Counted from the stretch's first letter, positions 43,652 to 53,970 are shown. The stretch is 64,000 bases of DNA from an uncultured Oscillospiraceae bacterium (GCA_947626785.1 CANQTO010000007.1:5548-69547), one strand, 5' to 3'. Notes: a model not told the origin generated them from the letters alone. Translations and numbers: made by a program.

Positions 43652-45535
43652 TCACTTTTTATTCTGGCTCTCGATCCAGATCATCAGCACCGAGATGTCC
43701 GCCGGGGAGACGCCGGAGATGCGGCTGGCCTGGCCGAAGCTGGCCGGGCGGATCTTTTGCAGTTTCTCCCGGGCCTCCAGGCGCAGGCCGGGGACCTGGG
43801 CGTAATCCAGCTCCGGCGGCAGGGGCCGGTTTTCCATGCGGGTGAACTCCTCCACCTGCCTGAGCTGCCGCTTGATATAGCCCTCGTACTTGAGCCGGAT
43901 CTCCGCCTGCTCCGCCACGGCCCGGGGCAGCGCCGGCCGCTCCGGGTCAAAGGGGGCCAGGTCCCTGTAGCCGATCTGTGGCCGGCGAAGAAGCTCCGCC
44001 AGGCTGGCCCCGGTGCTCAGCTCCGCCGTGCCCCGCTCCCGGAGCAGGGCGTTGAGCGCCGGAGTGGGGGCCACGCGGGTCTGCTCTAAGCGCCGGATCT
44101 CCCGGGCCACGGCCTCGTATTTTTCCAGCACCGCCCGGTGCCGCTCCGGGCTCACCAGGCCCACCCTCAGGCCGATGGCGCTGAGCCGCTCGTCGGCGTT
44201 GTCCTGCCGGTGGAGCAGCCGGTACTCGCTGCGGGAGGTCATCATCCGGTAGGGCTCGTTGGTGCCCTTGGTGACCAGGTCGTCGATGAGGGTGCCGATA
44301 TAACCGTCGCTCCGGCGGAGGATCAGCGGCTCCCGGCCCAGCAGCTTCAAAGCCGCGTTCACCCCGGCCACATAGCCCTGGGCCGCCGCCTCCTCATAGC
44401 CGGAGGAGCCGTTGAACTGCCCGGCCCCGTAGAGGCCGGCGATCTTTTTGCTCTCCAGAGTGGGCAGGAGCTCGGTGGGGTCCACGCAGTCGTACTCGAT
44501 GGCGTAGGCGCAGCGGGTCATCTCCACCCGCTCCAGGCCGGGGACGGTGTGCAGCATGGCGATCTGGACCTCCTCCGGCATGGAGGAGGAGAAGCCCTGC
44601 ACATACAGCTCCTCCGTCTCCAGGCCCATGGGCTCGATGAAGAGCTGGTGCCGGGGCTTGTCCGGGAAGGTCATGATTTTTGTCTCGATGCTGGGGCAGT
44701 AGCGGGGCCCCACGCCCTCGATGACCCCGGAATAGAGGGGGCTCCGGTCCAGGTTCTGCCGGATGATCTCATGGGTGCGCTCGTTGGTGTAGGTCAGGTA
44801 GCAGACGGCCCGGTTTCGGGGGACCGTCTCGGTTGTGAAGGAGAATGGCTCCGGCTCCGCGTCCCCCTCCTGGAGCTCCATTTTGGCAAAGTCCACCGTC
44901 CGGGCGTTGACGCGGGGGGGCGTGCCGGTCTTGAAGCGGCGCATCTCCAGGCCCAGCTCTCTCAGCCGGGCCGCCAGGGGCACCGCGGCCGCCAGGCCGT
45001 CGGGCCCGGAGGAGCGCAGGCTCTCCCCCACGATGGTGCGGCCGTCCAGATAGGTGCCGGAGGCCACCACCACCGCCCGGCAGGCGTAGACCGCCCCGTT
45101 GCCGGTGGTGACGGAGCGGACCGCACCGTCCTCCACACCGATGTCCACCACCTCCGCCTGCTTTACGCGCAGATGCTCCTGTTTTTCCAGGGTGTGTTTC
45201 ATGACCTCCTGGTAGCGCCGCCGGTCGGCCTGGGCCCGCAGGGAGTGGACCGCCGGGCCCTTGCCCAGGTTCAGCATCCGATACTGGATGCAGGCCCTGT
45301 CCGCGGCCCGGGCCATCTCGCCCCCCAGGGCGTCCAGCTCCCGGACCAGGTGGCCCTTGCCGGTGCCGCCGATGGCCGGGTTGCAGGGCATGTTCCCCAC
45401 GCTGTCCAGGTTCACGGTGAAGCAGACCGTGTCCAGCCCCAGCCGGGCCGCGGCCAGCGCGGCCTCGATGCCCGCGTGGCCCGCGCCGATGACGGCGATA
45501 TCGCATTTTCCCGCGTCATAAGTGGTCAAAACCAC
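43652..45535 (-). CDS. mnmG: tRNA uridine-5-carboxymethylaminomethyl modification enzyme MnmG (GidA)
   Basis: The 627-aa product has the FAD motif DIAVIGAGHAGIEAA and an MnmG-type full-length pattern. Confidence 0.9.
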   Translation of the reverse strand: MVLTTYDAGKCDIAVIGAGHAGIEAALAAARLGLDTVCFTVNLDSVGNMPCNPAIGGTGKGHLVRELDALGGEMARAADRACIQYRMLNLGKGPAVHSLRAQADRRRYQEVMKHTLEKQEHLRVKQAEVVDIGVEDGAVRSVTTGNGAVYACRAVVVASGTYLDGRTIVGESLRSSGPDGLAAAVPLAARLRELGLEMRRFKTGTPPRVNARTVDFAKMELQEGDAEPEPFSFTTETVPRNRAVCYLTYTNERTHEIIRQNLDRSPLYSGVIEGVGPRYCPSIETKIMTFPDKPRHQLFIEPMGLETEELYVQGFSSSMPEEVQIAMLHTVPGLERVEMTRCAYAIEYDCVDPTELLPTLESKKIAGLYGAGQFNGSSGYEEAAAQGYVAGVNAALKLLGREPLILRRSDGYIGTLIDDLVTKGTNEPYRMMTSRSEYRLLHRQDNADERLSAIGLRVGLVSPERHRAVLEKYEAVAREIRRLEQTRVAPTPALNALLRERGTAELSTGASLAELLRRPQIGYRDLAPFDPERPALPRAVAEQAEIRLKYEGYIKRQLRQVEEFTRMENRPLPPELDYAQVPGLRLEAREKLQKIRPASFGQASRISGVSPADISVLMIWIESQNKK

Positions 45536-45559
45536 TACCTCCGAAGATCAGCTTACTCG

Positions 45560-48500
45560 TTACTCGAAATACTTCTTCGCACTTCTGAACAGGCCGATGT
45601 CGTAGTCGCCGGGCACGTTCCGGTAGAGGCCGGGGCCCGTGCGCTCGCTGTGGCCCATCTTGCCCAGCACCCGGCCGTCGGGGCTGGTGATGCCCTCCAC
45701 GGCCCAGACGGAGCCGTTGGGGTTAAAGGCGGTGTCCATGCTGGGCCGGCCCTCCAGGTCCACATACTGGGTGGCGATCTGGCCCTTGGCGGCCAGCTCC
45801 TTCAAAAGGGCCTCGCCCGCCAGGAAGCGGCCCTCCCCGTGGGAGATGGGCACGCTGTACACGCCGCCCTTCTCCGCCTCCAGCAGCCAGGGGGACAGCT
45901 TGGAGCAGACCCGGGTGCGGACGATGGAGGACTGGTGCCGGCCGATGGTATTGTAGGTCAGGGTGGGGCAGCCTTCGTCGGTGTCCACGATCTTTCCGAA
46001 GGGCACCAGGCCCAGCTTGATGAGGGCCTGGAAGCCGTTGCACACGCCCAGCATCAGCCCGTCCCGGACCTCCAGCAGGTCGGTGACGGCCTGGCTGAGG
46101 GCGGGGCTTCTCAGGAAGGAGGCGATGAACTTACCGGAGCCCTCCGGCTCGTCGCCGCCGGAGAAGCCGCCGGGGATAAAGACGATCTGGCTGCGGCGGA
46201 TGGCCGCCTCCAGCCGGGCGGCGGAATCGGCCAGGGCTTCCGGGCTCAGGTTCCGCACCACCACGATCTCCGGCTCCAGTCCCGCCCACAGGCAGGCCCG
46301 GGCGGAGTCGTACTCGCAGTTGGTCCCGGGGAAGACGGGGATGGTCACCCGGGGCCGGGCGATGCCCTTGGGCAGCACCGCCGGGGCCTTGCCTTCCCAG
46401 CGGATCACCGGCGTCTCGCCGGGGACGGCGGCGCGGGTGGGGAACACCTGCTCCAGCACCGCCTCGTTCAGGGCCAGCAGCTCATCAATGGACGCGCTGT
46501 CCGCGCCCAGGTCGATGACCGGCTCGGCGGTGGTGACGCCGATTTTCATGGTGCAGCCGCAGTCCACTTCTTCCGACAGCTCCGCCACGATGGCATGAGG
46601 CCAGGCGGCATACCAGTCAAACTCTGCGTTCTCGTCCATGGCAAAGCCCACACGGTTGCCGAAGGCCATCTTCATCACGGCTTCGGCCACGCCGTTCTCC
46701 ACCGCCCACGCGGCCTTGACCTTGCCGGCCCGGCACAGGGCGTGGAAGGTCTCCCAGGCGGCTTTCCGGCTCTCCGCAGTGGGATTGCCCGCGAACAGGT
46801 ACACCGGGTGCCCCGCCTCTTTGAACTCCGGCGAGAGCACGTCCCCGGCCCGGATAGGGGCGATGGCGAAGGAGATCAGCGTGGGCGGCACGTCCAGGTC
46901 CATGAAGGAACCGGACATGGAGTCCTTGCCGCCGATGGCGGCGCAGCCCAGGTCCAGCTGGGCCTCCAGGGCCCCCAGCAGGGCGGAGAAGGGCTTGCCC
47001 CAACGCTCCGGCTCGTCCCGGAGCTTTTCAAAGAACTCCTGTAAGGAGAGATAGGCTTTTTTGTAGTCCCCGCCGGCGGCCACCAGCTTGGCTACGGAGC
47101 TGACCACCGCGCCGTAAGCGCCCCGGTAGGGGTCCTCCGTCATCTGCTCTGGGTCGCAGCCCCAGGCCATGACGCTCCCCTGCTCCGTCTCCTGGCCCGG
47201 CAGCACCGGCAGCAGGGCCGCCATGGCCTGGGCCGGGGTCCGCTGGGTCCTGCCGCCGAAGGGCATCAGCAGGCTGCCCGCGCCGATGGAGCCGTCAAAG
47301 CGCTCCACCAGGCCCCGCCGGGAGGCGCAGACCAGGCTGGAGGCGATCTCCCGCAGGCTGCTTCCGGAGATCTTTTCCAGAGCCCCGTCCGGGTGGAGCC
47401 GGGGCACGCGCACCGCCGCGTGCTTCACCGCGCCGTTGGTGTTGAGGAAGGCCCGGCTCAGATCGGCCACCGTCTCGCCCCGCCAGGTCATGACCATGCG
47501 GGGGCTCTCGGTGACCACCGCCACCCGGTAGGCCTCCAGGTTCTCTTTTCCGGCGGCCTCGATGAAGGCGGCCTCGTCCTGGGGGGCCACTACCACGGCC
47601 ATGCGCTCCTGGCTCTCGGAGATGGCCAGCTCCGTGCCGTCCAGGCCCTCATACTTCTTGCGCACCGCGTCCAGGTCGATCTTCAGCCCGTCGGCCAGCT
47701 CGCCGATGGCCACGGACACGCCGCCCGCGCCGAAGTCGTTGCAGCGCTTGATGAGCCGGGTGACGTTCTTGTCCCGGAACAGCCGCTGGAGCTTCCGCTC
47801 CTCGGGGGCGTTGCCCTTCTGGACCTCGGAGGCCATGGTGGTGAGAGATTTCAGGTTGTGGCTCTTGGAGGAGCCGGTGGCCCCGCCGATGCCGTCCCGC
47901 CCGGTCCGGCCGCCCAGCAGGATGACCACATCCCCCGGCGCGGGCTGCTCCCGGCGCACGTTCTCCGCCGGGGCGGCGGCCACCACCGCGCCGCACTCCA
48001 GGCGCTTGGCGGCGTAGCCGGGGTGGTAGAGCTCGGCCACGTGGCCCGTGGCCAGGCCGATCTGGTTGCCGTAGGAGCTGTAGCCCGCCGCGGCGGTGAC
48101 GGTCAGCTTCCGCTGGGGGAGCTTGCCCGGCAGAGTGTCCTCAAAAGGGGCCCGGGGGTCGGCGGCCCCGGTGACGCGCATGGCCTGATGCACATAGGCC
48201 CGGCCGGACAGGGGGTCCCGGATGCAGCCGCCGATGCAGGTGGCCGCGCCGCCGAAGGGCTCGATCTCGGTGGGGTGGTTGTGGGTCTCGTTCTTGAACA
48301 TCAGCAGCCAGTCCTGCTCCTCCCCGTCCACCAGGGCGGGCACATGGATGGAGCAGGCGTTGATCTCCTCGCTCTCGTCCAGCTCCGGCAGAAGGCCCCG
48401 CTTTTTCAGGGTCTTGGCACCGATGGTGGCGATGTCCATCAGGGTCTGGGGCCGCTTGGCGGCCTTCTCCGGCCCGTAGACCTCCACCCGGGCGGCCAGG

Positions 48501-49255
48501 TAACGCTCATAGGCAGCCTGCACCGCCTCATCGGCGATGTCCGGCTTCTCCAGATGGGTGCCGAAGGTGGTGTGCCGGCAGTGGTCGGACCAGTAGGTGT
48601 CCACCAGGCGGACCTCGGTGATGCTGGGGTCCCGGCCCTCGTCGTTTTTGAAATAGCCCTGCAAAAATGCCAGGTCGTCCAGGTCCATGGCCAGGCCCAG
48701 CTTCTCCAGCAGAGCCCGCAGGCCCGCCCGGTCCAGGGCGGTAAAGCCCGTCAGGGTCTCCACCATGGGGGGCTGGGGGTGGCTCTGGGCCAGGGTCTCC
48801 GGCTTCTCCAAAGAGGCCTCCCGGCTCTCCACCGGGTTGATGAGGTAGGAGCGGAGCTTATCCAGCTCCTCCCCGCTCAGCTCGCCCTCTAAGATGTAGA
48901 CCTTGGCGTAGGCGATCAGGGGCCGCTCGCCGCCGGCCATCAGCTGGATGCACTGGGCGCAGCTGTCGGCCCGCTGGTCGAATTGCCCGGGCAGGGCCTC
49001 CACCGCCAGCAGGCTGTGGGGTCCCTCTGGCCGTGGGAAATCCTCCCCGTAGCAGACGTCCACCTGGGGCTCCGAGAAGACCACGTTCCGGGCCCGGTCG
49101 AAAACCTCCGGCGGGATGCGCTCCGCGTCGTAGCGGTTGAGGATGCGCAGGCCCGTCAGGCTCCGGATGCCCAGAAAGTCCCGGAGGTCTGCAAGCAGGC
49201 TCCCCGCCTCGGGGGAGAGGCCGGGGCGTTTTTCCACATAGATGCGATAGACCAT
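45560..49255 (-). CDS. purL: phosphoribosylformylglycinamidine synthase, large single-chain type
   Basis: The 1231-aa product has AIR-synthase-like repeats and a C-terminal glutaminase with GVCNGFQ. Its ATG shares one base with the purD TGA. Confidence 0.9.
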   Translation of the reverse strand: MVYRIYVEKRPGLSPEAGSLLADLRDFLGIRSLTGLRILNRYDAERIPPEVFDRARNVVFSEPQVDVCYGEDFPRPEGPHSLLAVEALPGQFDQRADSCAQCIQLMAGGERPLIAYAKVYILEGELSGEELDKLRSYLINPVESREASLEKPETLAQSHPQPPMVETLTGFTALDRAGLRALLEKLGLAMDLDDLAFLQGYFKNDEGRDPSITEVRLVDTYWSDHCRHTTFGTHLEKPDIADEAVQAAYERYLAARVEVYGPEKAAKRPQTLMDIATIGAKTLKKRGLLPELDESEEINACSIHVPALVDGEEQDWLLMFKNETHNHPTEIEPFGGAATCIGGCIRDPLSGRAYVHQAMRVTGAADPRAPFEDTLPGKLPQRKLTVTAAAGYSSYGNQIGLATGHVAELYHPGYAAKRLECGAVVAAAPAENVRREQPAPGDVVILLGGRTGRDGIGGATGSSKSHNLKSLTTMASEVQKGNAPEERKLQRLFRDKNVTRLIKRCNDFGAGGVSVAIGELADGLKIDLDAVRKKYEGLDGTELAISESQERMAVVVAPQDEAAFIEAAGKENLEAYRVAVVTESPRMVMTWRGETVADLSRAFLNTNGAVKHAAVRVPRLHPDGALEKISGSSLREIASSLVCASRRGLVERFDGSIGAGSLLMPFGGRTQRTPAQAMAALLPVLPGQETEQGSVMAWGCDPEQMTEDPYRGAYGAVVSSVAKLVAAGGDYKKAYLSLQEFFEKLRDEPERWGKPFSALLGALEAQLDLGCAAIGGKDSMSGSFMDLDVPPTLISFAIAPIRAGDVLSPEFKEAGHPVYLFAGNPTAESRKAAWETFHALCRAGKVKAAWAVENGVAEAVMKMAFGNRVGFAMDENAEFDWYAAWPHAIVAELSEEVDCGCTMKIGVTTAEPVIDLGADSASIDELLALNEAVLEQVFPTRAAVPGETPVIRWEGKAPAVLPKGIARPRVTIPVFPGTNCEYDSARACLWAGLEPEIVVVRNLSPEALADSAARLEAAIRRSQIVFIPGGFSGGDEPEGSGKFIASFLRSPALSQAVTDLLEVRDGLMLGVCNGFQALIKLGLVPFGKIVDTDEGCPTLTYNTIGRHQSSIVRTRVCSKLSPWLLEAEKGGVYSVPISHGEGRFLAGEALLKELAAKGQIATQYVDLEGRPSMDTAFNPNGSVWAVEGITSPDGRVLGKMGHSERTGPGLYRNVPGDYDIGLFRSAKKYFE

Positions 49256-50532
49256 CAGCAGTTCTCCTTTAAAGCGCTCAAAGCCCGCCGGCCGATATCC
49301 CGCCGGCAGAAGGCGTTGTCAAAATGGATCCTGTCGGCCAGGGCATAGGCCTTGCCGATGGCCTCCGGCAGGGTCTCCGCCACGGCCACAGCCCCCAGCA
49401 CCCGGCCGCCGCTGGTGACGAGCTTCCCGTCCTTCCGGGCGGCCCCGGCGATATAGATCTGCTCGTCCGCCCCCGTCTCCGGCAGGGAGATGGGATAACC
49501 CTTTTCGTAGTGCAGGGGATAGCCCTGGGAGGCCAGCACCACGCAGCAGGCGGACTTATCGCTGAACTTCACTTCCGTCCCGGCAAGCCGCCCCTGGGAG
49601 ACAGCCAGCATGATCTCCAGGAGACTGCTCTCCAGCAGAGGCAGCACCACCTGGGTCTCCGGGTCGCCGAAGCGGCAGTTGTATTCAATGACTTTGGGCC
49701 CTTGGGGGGTGAGCATCAGGCCGAAGTACAGACAGCCCTTGAAGGGCCGGCCCTCGGCCTTCATGGCCCGGACCGTGGGCAGGAAGATCTCCTCCATGCA
49801 GCGCGCCGCTACCTCCGGGGTATAGTAGGGATTGGGGGCCACGGTGCCCATGCCGCCGGTGTTCAGGCCCTCGTCGTTGTCCAGGGCCCGCTTGTGGTCC
49901 ATGGAGGACAGCATGGGGACCACCGTCTCCCCGTCGGTAAAGCTCAAAACGGAGATCTCCGGGCCGGTGAGGCACTCCTCGATGACCAGCTTCTCCCCGG
50001 CAGCGCCGAACTTGCCGCCCTCCATGCAGTCCCGCACGGCGGCCTTGGCCTCCTCCACCGTGGCGGCCACGGTGACGCCCTTGCCCAGGGCCAGGCCGTC
50101 GGCCTTGATGACGATGGGCGCGCCCTGCTCCTCCACATAGCGGAGGGCCGCCTGCATATCCGTGAAGGTCTCGAAGCGGGCGGTGGGGATGCCGTATTTC
50201 TTCATCAGCTCCTTGGCGAAGGCCTTGCTGCTCTCGATGAGCGCGGCGTTCTGCCGGGGGCCGAAGCAGAGGACGCCCACCGCCTCCAGGGCGTCTACCG
50301 CCCCCAGGGCCAGGGGGTCGTCCGGGGCCACCACGGCAAAGTCCACGGCCTTCTCCCGGGCGAAGGCCACGATGGCCGGGATGTCCGTGGCGCCGATGGG
50401 GACGCACTGGGCGTCCGCGGCGATGCCGCCGTTGCCCGGCAGGGCGTAGACGGTCTCCGCCCGGGGGTCCTCCCGCAGCTTTTTGATGAGCGCGTGTTCG
50501 CGGCCTCCGCCGCCGACAACCATAATTTTCAT
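49255..50532 (-). CDS. purD: phosphoribosylamine-glycine ligase
   Basis: The 425-aa product starts MKIMVVGGGGREHAL and has the ATP-grasp fold. Confidence 0.9.
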   Translation of the reverse strand: MKIMVVGGGGREHALIKKLREDPRAETVYALPGNGGIAADAQCVPIGATDIPAIVAFAREKAVDFAVVAPDDPLALGAVDALEAVGVLCFGPRQNAALIESSKAFAKELMKKYGIPTARFETFTDMQAALRYVEEQGAPIVIKADGLALGKGVTVAATVEEAKAAVRDCMEGGKFGAAGEKLVIEECLTGPEISVLSFTDGETVVPMLSSMDHKRALDNDEGLNTGGMGTVAPNPYYTPEVAARCMEEIFLPTVRAMKAEGRPFKGCLYFGLMLTPQGPKVIEYNCRFGDPETQVVLPLLESSLLEIMLAVSQGRLAGTEVKFSDKSACCVVLASQGYPLHYEKGYPISLPETGADEQIYIAGAARKDGKLVTSGGRVLGAVAVAETLPEAIGKAYALADRIHFDNAFCRRDIGRRALSALKENC

Positions 50533-50569
50533 ATCAAATACCTTTCAGCTGATCCAAATTAGGAATTAA

Positions 50570-50607
50570 GAATTAGGAATGAGGAATTGATTCTTCATTC
50601 CTAATTC
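50570..50607 (-). other. AT-rich intercistronic hairpin with AGGAAT repeats inside the pur operon
   Basis: GAATTAGGAATG (50570-50581) pairs perfectly with CATTCCTAATTC (50596-50607), and pairing extends inward with one G-U. The direct repeat ATTAGGAAT also occurs at 50558-50566. The hairpin lies 3 nt after the AICARFT gene stop. Confidence 0.6.
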
Positions 50608-50610
50608 ACA

Positions 50611-51795
50611 TTAATGATGGAAGAGGCGCATCCCTGTGAACGCCATGACCATGTTCTGCCGGTCGCACTCGGCGATGACCAGGTCGTCCCGGATGGAGCC
50701 GCCGGGCTGGGCCACGTAGCGCACGCCGCTGCGGGCCGCCCGGAGGATGTTGTCGGCAAAGGGGAAGAAGGCGTCGCTGCCCAGAGCCACCTGAGAGCGG
50801 CTGTCCAGCCAGGCGCGCTTCTCCGCCTCCGTCAGCCGCTCAGGGCAGACGGAAAAATACCGCTGCCAGACGCCCTCGGCGCAGATGTCCTCCTCGTTGC
50901 CGTTGATGTAGCTGTCCACGGCGTTGTCCCGGTCAGGCCGGCCCAGGCTGGGCAGGAAGGGCAGGGAGAGCACCTTGGGGTGCTGGCGCAAAAACCAGGT
51001 GTCCGCCTTGGTGCCGGCAAGGCGGGTGCAGTGGATGCGGCTCTGCTGGCCGGCGCCCACGCCGATGGCCTGGCCGTCCACCGCGTAGCAGACGGAGTTG
51101 GACTGGGTGTATTTCAGGGTGATGAGGGCCACGATCAGGTCCCGCTTGGCGCTCTCGGGCAGGTCCTTATTGGCGGTGACGAGGTTTTCCAGCAGCCAGG
51201 GGCCGATCCTGAACTCGTTGCGCCCCTGCTCAAAGGTGATGCCGTAGACCTCCTTGGTCTCCTGGGGGGCGGGCACATAGCCGGGGTCGATCTGGACGAT
51301 GTTGTAGTTCCCCTTGCGCTTGGTCTTCAGGATCTCCAGAGCCTCCGGGGTGTAACCGGGGGCGATGACCCCGTCGGACACCTCCCGCTGGATGAGCCGG
51401 GCGGTGGTCTCGTCGCAGACCTCGCTGAGGGCGGCCCAGTCCCCGAAGGAGCAGAGCCGGTCGGTGCCCCGGGCCCGGGCGTAGGCGCAGGCCAGCGGGC
51501 TCTCGTCCAGGCCGGGCACGTCGTCCACGAAGCAGGCTTTTTTCAGCTCCGGGCTCAGGGGCAGGCCCACGGCCCCCGAGGTGGGGGACACGTGCTTGAA
51601 GGAGGCGGCGGCGGGCAGGCCCAGGGCCTCCTTCAGCTCCTTGACCAGCTGCCAGGAGTTGAAAGCGTCCAGGAAGTTGATGTAGCCGGGCTTGCCGTTC
51701 AAAACGGTCACCGGCAGGTCGCTGCCGTCCCGCATGAAGATGCGGGCGGGCTTCTGGTTAGGGTTACAGCCGTATTTCAGTTCCAGTTCGTTCAT
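50611..51795 (-). CDS. purH: AICAR formyltransferase-only PurH (no MGS-like IMP cyclohydrolase domain)
   Basis: The 394-aa product begins directly with the AICARFT-domain motif LKYGCNPNQ and also has FKHVSP. It is about 120 aa shorter than bifunctional PurH. Confidence 0.8.
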   Translation of the reverse strand: MNELELKYGCNPNQKPARIFMRDGSDLPVTVLNGKPGYINFLDAFNSWQLVKELKEALGLPAAASFKHVSPTSGAVGLPLSPELKKACFVDDVPGLDESPLACAYARARGTDRLCSFGDWAALSEVCDETTARLIQREVSDGVIAPGYTPEALEILKTKRKGNYNIVQIDPGYVPAPQETKEVYGITFEQGRNEFRIGPWLLENLVTANKDLPESAKRDLIVALITLKYTQSNSVCYAVDGQAIGVGAGQQSRIHCTRLAGTKADTWFLRQHPKVLSLPFLPSLGRPDRDNAVDSYINGNEEDICAEGVWQRYFSVCPERLTEAEKRAWLDSRSQVALGSDAFFPFADNILRAARSGVRYVAQPGGSIRDDLVIAECDRQNMVMAFTGMRLFHH

Positions 51796-51806
51796 GGGGA
51801 CCTCCT

Positions 51807-53243
51807 TTATACGTTCAGTTCCGCGCGGATCTCTTCATCGGGATAACGGGCCAGGAGCGGCGCGATCTCCGTCTCCAGAAACTCCTCCACCTGGCTGGGG
51901 GCCCGGCCCACATAACGCTCCGGGGCCATCTGCGCCTCGATCTCCTCCTTAGTCAGGGGGAAGCGGGGATCGGAGAGGATGCGCTCGATCAGGTCGTTTG
52001 CCCCACCCTCCAGCTTCACTTTCCGGGCGGCGGCGTGGGAGTGCTCCCGCAGGGCCTCATGGAGCTCCTGCCGGTTGCCGCCCCGCTTGACCGCCTCCAT
52101 CATGATGTTCTCGGTAGCCATGAAAGGCAGCTTCTCCATCACCCGGCGGCGGACCACCCGGTCGTAGACCACCAGGCCGGCGGTGACGTTGATATAAATT
52201 TCCAGAATAGCGTCCACCGCCAGGAAGGCCTCGGACACGGCCAGGCGCTTGTTGGCGCTGTCGTCCAGGGTCCGCTCGAACCACTGGGTGGCGGCGGTCA
52301 TGGCCGGGTTGACCGCGTCCTGGATGACATAGCGGGCAAGGGCGCAGATGCGCTCGGAGCGCATGGGGTTGCGCTTGTAGGGCATGGCGGAGGAGCCGAT
52401 CTGGCTCTTCTCAAAGGGCTCCTCCAGCTCCTCGAAGGACTGGAGCAGCCGCAGATCGGTGGCAAATTTGCAGGCGGACTGGGCAAAGCCGGACAGCACC
52501 GAGAGGAAATAGGCGTCTGTCTTCCGGGAGTAGGTCTGGCCGGAGACGGCCACGCACTTTTCAAAGCCCATCTGCTCCGCCACCAGCTTTTCCAGGGCTT
52601 TGACCTTCTCCTCGTCTCCCTCAAAGAGCTCCATGAAGCTGGCCTGGGTGCCGGTGGTGCCCTTGGCGCCCCGCAGGCGCAGGGCGGAGAGCTGGAACTC
52701 CAGGTTCTCCATGTCCATGACCAGCTCGTTCATCCACAAAGTCGCCCGCTTGCCCACGGTGGTCAGCTGGGCGGGCTGGAGGTGGGTATAGGCCAGGCAG
52801 GGCAGGTCCTTGTACTTCTCCGCAAAGGCGGACAGGTTCCGCAGGACCTGGGCGGCCTTCTTCAGCACCAGCAGGGAGGCGTCCCGGAGGATGAGGATGT
52901 CCGTGTTGTCCCCCACATAGCAGGAGGTGGCCCCCAGGTGCAAAATTCCTTCCGCCTCCGGGCACTGCTGCCCGTAGGCGTAGACGTGGCTCATCACGTC
53001 GTGCCGGACCTGCTTCTCCCGGGCCTCGGCCACGTCGTAGTTGATGTCCTCCGCGTGTTCCTCCAGCTGGGCGATCTGCTCGGCCGTGATGGGCAGGCCC
53101 AGCTGCCGCTCGGCCTTGGCCAGGGCGATCCAGAGCCGCCGCCAGGTGCGGAATTTGTTGTTGTCAGAGAAGAGGTACTGCATCTCCCGGCTGGCGTAGC
53201 GGGTGGACAGAGGGGAGACGTATCCGTTCCGGTCTCGTTCCAT
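51807..53243 (-). CDS. purB: adenylosuccinate lyase
   Basis: The 478-aa product has the fumarate-lyase signature GSSAMPYKRNP. Confidence 0.9.
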   Translation of the reverse strand: MERDRNGYVSPLSTRYASREMQYLFSDNNKFRTWRRLWIALAKAERQLGLPITAEQIAQLEEHAEDINYDVAEAREKQVRHDVMSHVYAYGQQCPEAEGILHLGATSCYVGDNTDILILRDASLLVLKKAAQVLRNLSAFAEKYKDLPCLAYTHLQPAQLTTVGKRATLWMNELVMDMENLEFQLSALRLRGAKGTTGTQASFMELFEGDEEKVKALEKLVAEQMGFEKCVAVSGQTYSRKTDAYFLSVLSGFAQSACKFATDLRLLQSFEELEEPFEKSQIGSSAMPYKRNPMRSERICALARYVIQDAVNPAMTAATQWFERTLDDSANKRLAVSEAFLAVDAILEIYINVTAGLVVYDRVVRRRVMEKLPFMATENIMMEAVKRGGNRQELHEALREHSHAAARKVKLEGGANDLIERILSDPRFPLTKEEIEAQMAPERYVGRAPSQVEEFLETEIAPLLARYPDEEIRAELNV

Positions 53244-53253
53244 GGCGGCCTCC

Positions 53254-53970
53254 TTACTGGTTCTTGTTCAGGATCACCGTGTCCCGCTCCCCGCTGGCCA
53301 GATCGATATACTGGACGAAGAGGGACACCTTGTTGGCCTCGTTCAGGCACTCCCAGAGCTCCCCCGCCCAGGTCCGGGCGTTGGGAGGCGTGACGGCCAC
53401 GGGCCGGGGCTCGCCCTTAAAGGAGGGCAGCGGGTCCCCGTCCCCCTCGTAGGTGGAGAGGAAGTGGCCTAAACCGGCCTTGGGCGTCTCGTATTCAAAG
53501 AAATACCGGCAGCAGCAGGCGCTGTCTCCCATCAGGCTCTTGAGGATGGACAGCCGGTAGCTGCCGTCGGGCAGCATGAGGCCGGAGATGCGGGGGGTCC
53601 AGTTGGGCCCGTCCGGCTCAAAGCTCCGGGCCCGCAGGGCGCTCTCAAAGCTGCCGCCGGCAAGCAGGGCGTCCCGGACGGTATCCGTCTGGTCGCCGTT
53701 GGTGACGACGGTGGTCCCGTCGGGCAGGATGCGGACCGGGTGATAGATGATGAGCGAGGGGTCGGTCATCTTGCTCTCGTCAAAGGCCTTGGTGCGGATG
53801 CCGTCCTCGGTCTCCTCAAAGACCCGGTTGCGGCTGTTGAGGCTGCGGCCCATGATGAAGTAGGCCACGGCGGCCTTTTTGCCGTCGGCCGTGCGGCCCA
53901 GGACGATGCCCCGGCCGGGATAGGGATTGCCCTTCAGCATGGCGCTCAGGGCGTTGAGATCGTAAGTCAT
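53254..53970 (-). CDS. purO: IMP cyclohydrolase, PurO (archaeal-type) family
   Basis: The 238-aa product starts [25 protein letters not shown]..., matching what I recall of the IMP_cyclohyd family. It lies inside the pur operon next to the AICARFT-only purH. Confidence 0.7.
   Translation of the reverse strand: MTYDLNALSAMLKGNPYPGRGIVLGRTADGKKAAVAYFIMGRSLNSRNRVFEETEDGIRTKAFDESKMTDPSLIIYHPVRILPDGTTVVTNGDQTDTVRDALLAGGSFESALRARSFEPDGPNWTPRISGLMLPDGSYRLSILKSLMGDSACCCRYFFEYETPKAGLGHFLSTYEGDGDPLPSFKGEPRPVAVTPPNARTWAGELWECLNEANKVSLFVQYIDLASGERDTVILNKNQ

Noticed and set aside
44138-47044. A 968-aa plus-strand ORF, along with many other long ORFs antisense to annotated genes (for example 1476..2543, 9283..10677, 21291..23009, 35664..36905, 47393..48892, 62127..63872).
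   Set aside because: These are typical high-G+C shadow ORFs. They lie exactly opposite strongly recognisable genes (purL, serA, pgi, trpB2, CNNM, fhs). Their products are low-complexity G/A/P/R/H/Q/L/V-rich strings without motifs, and they lack SD sequences. I did not annotate them.
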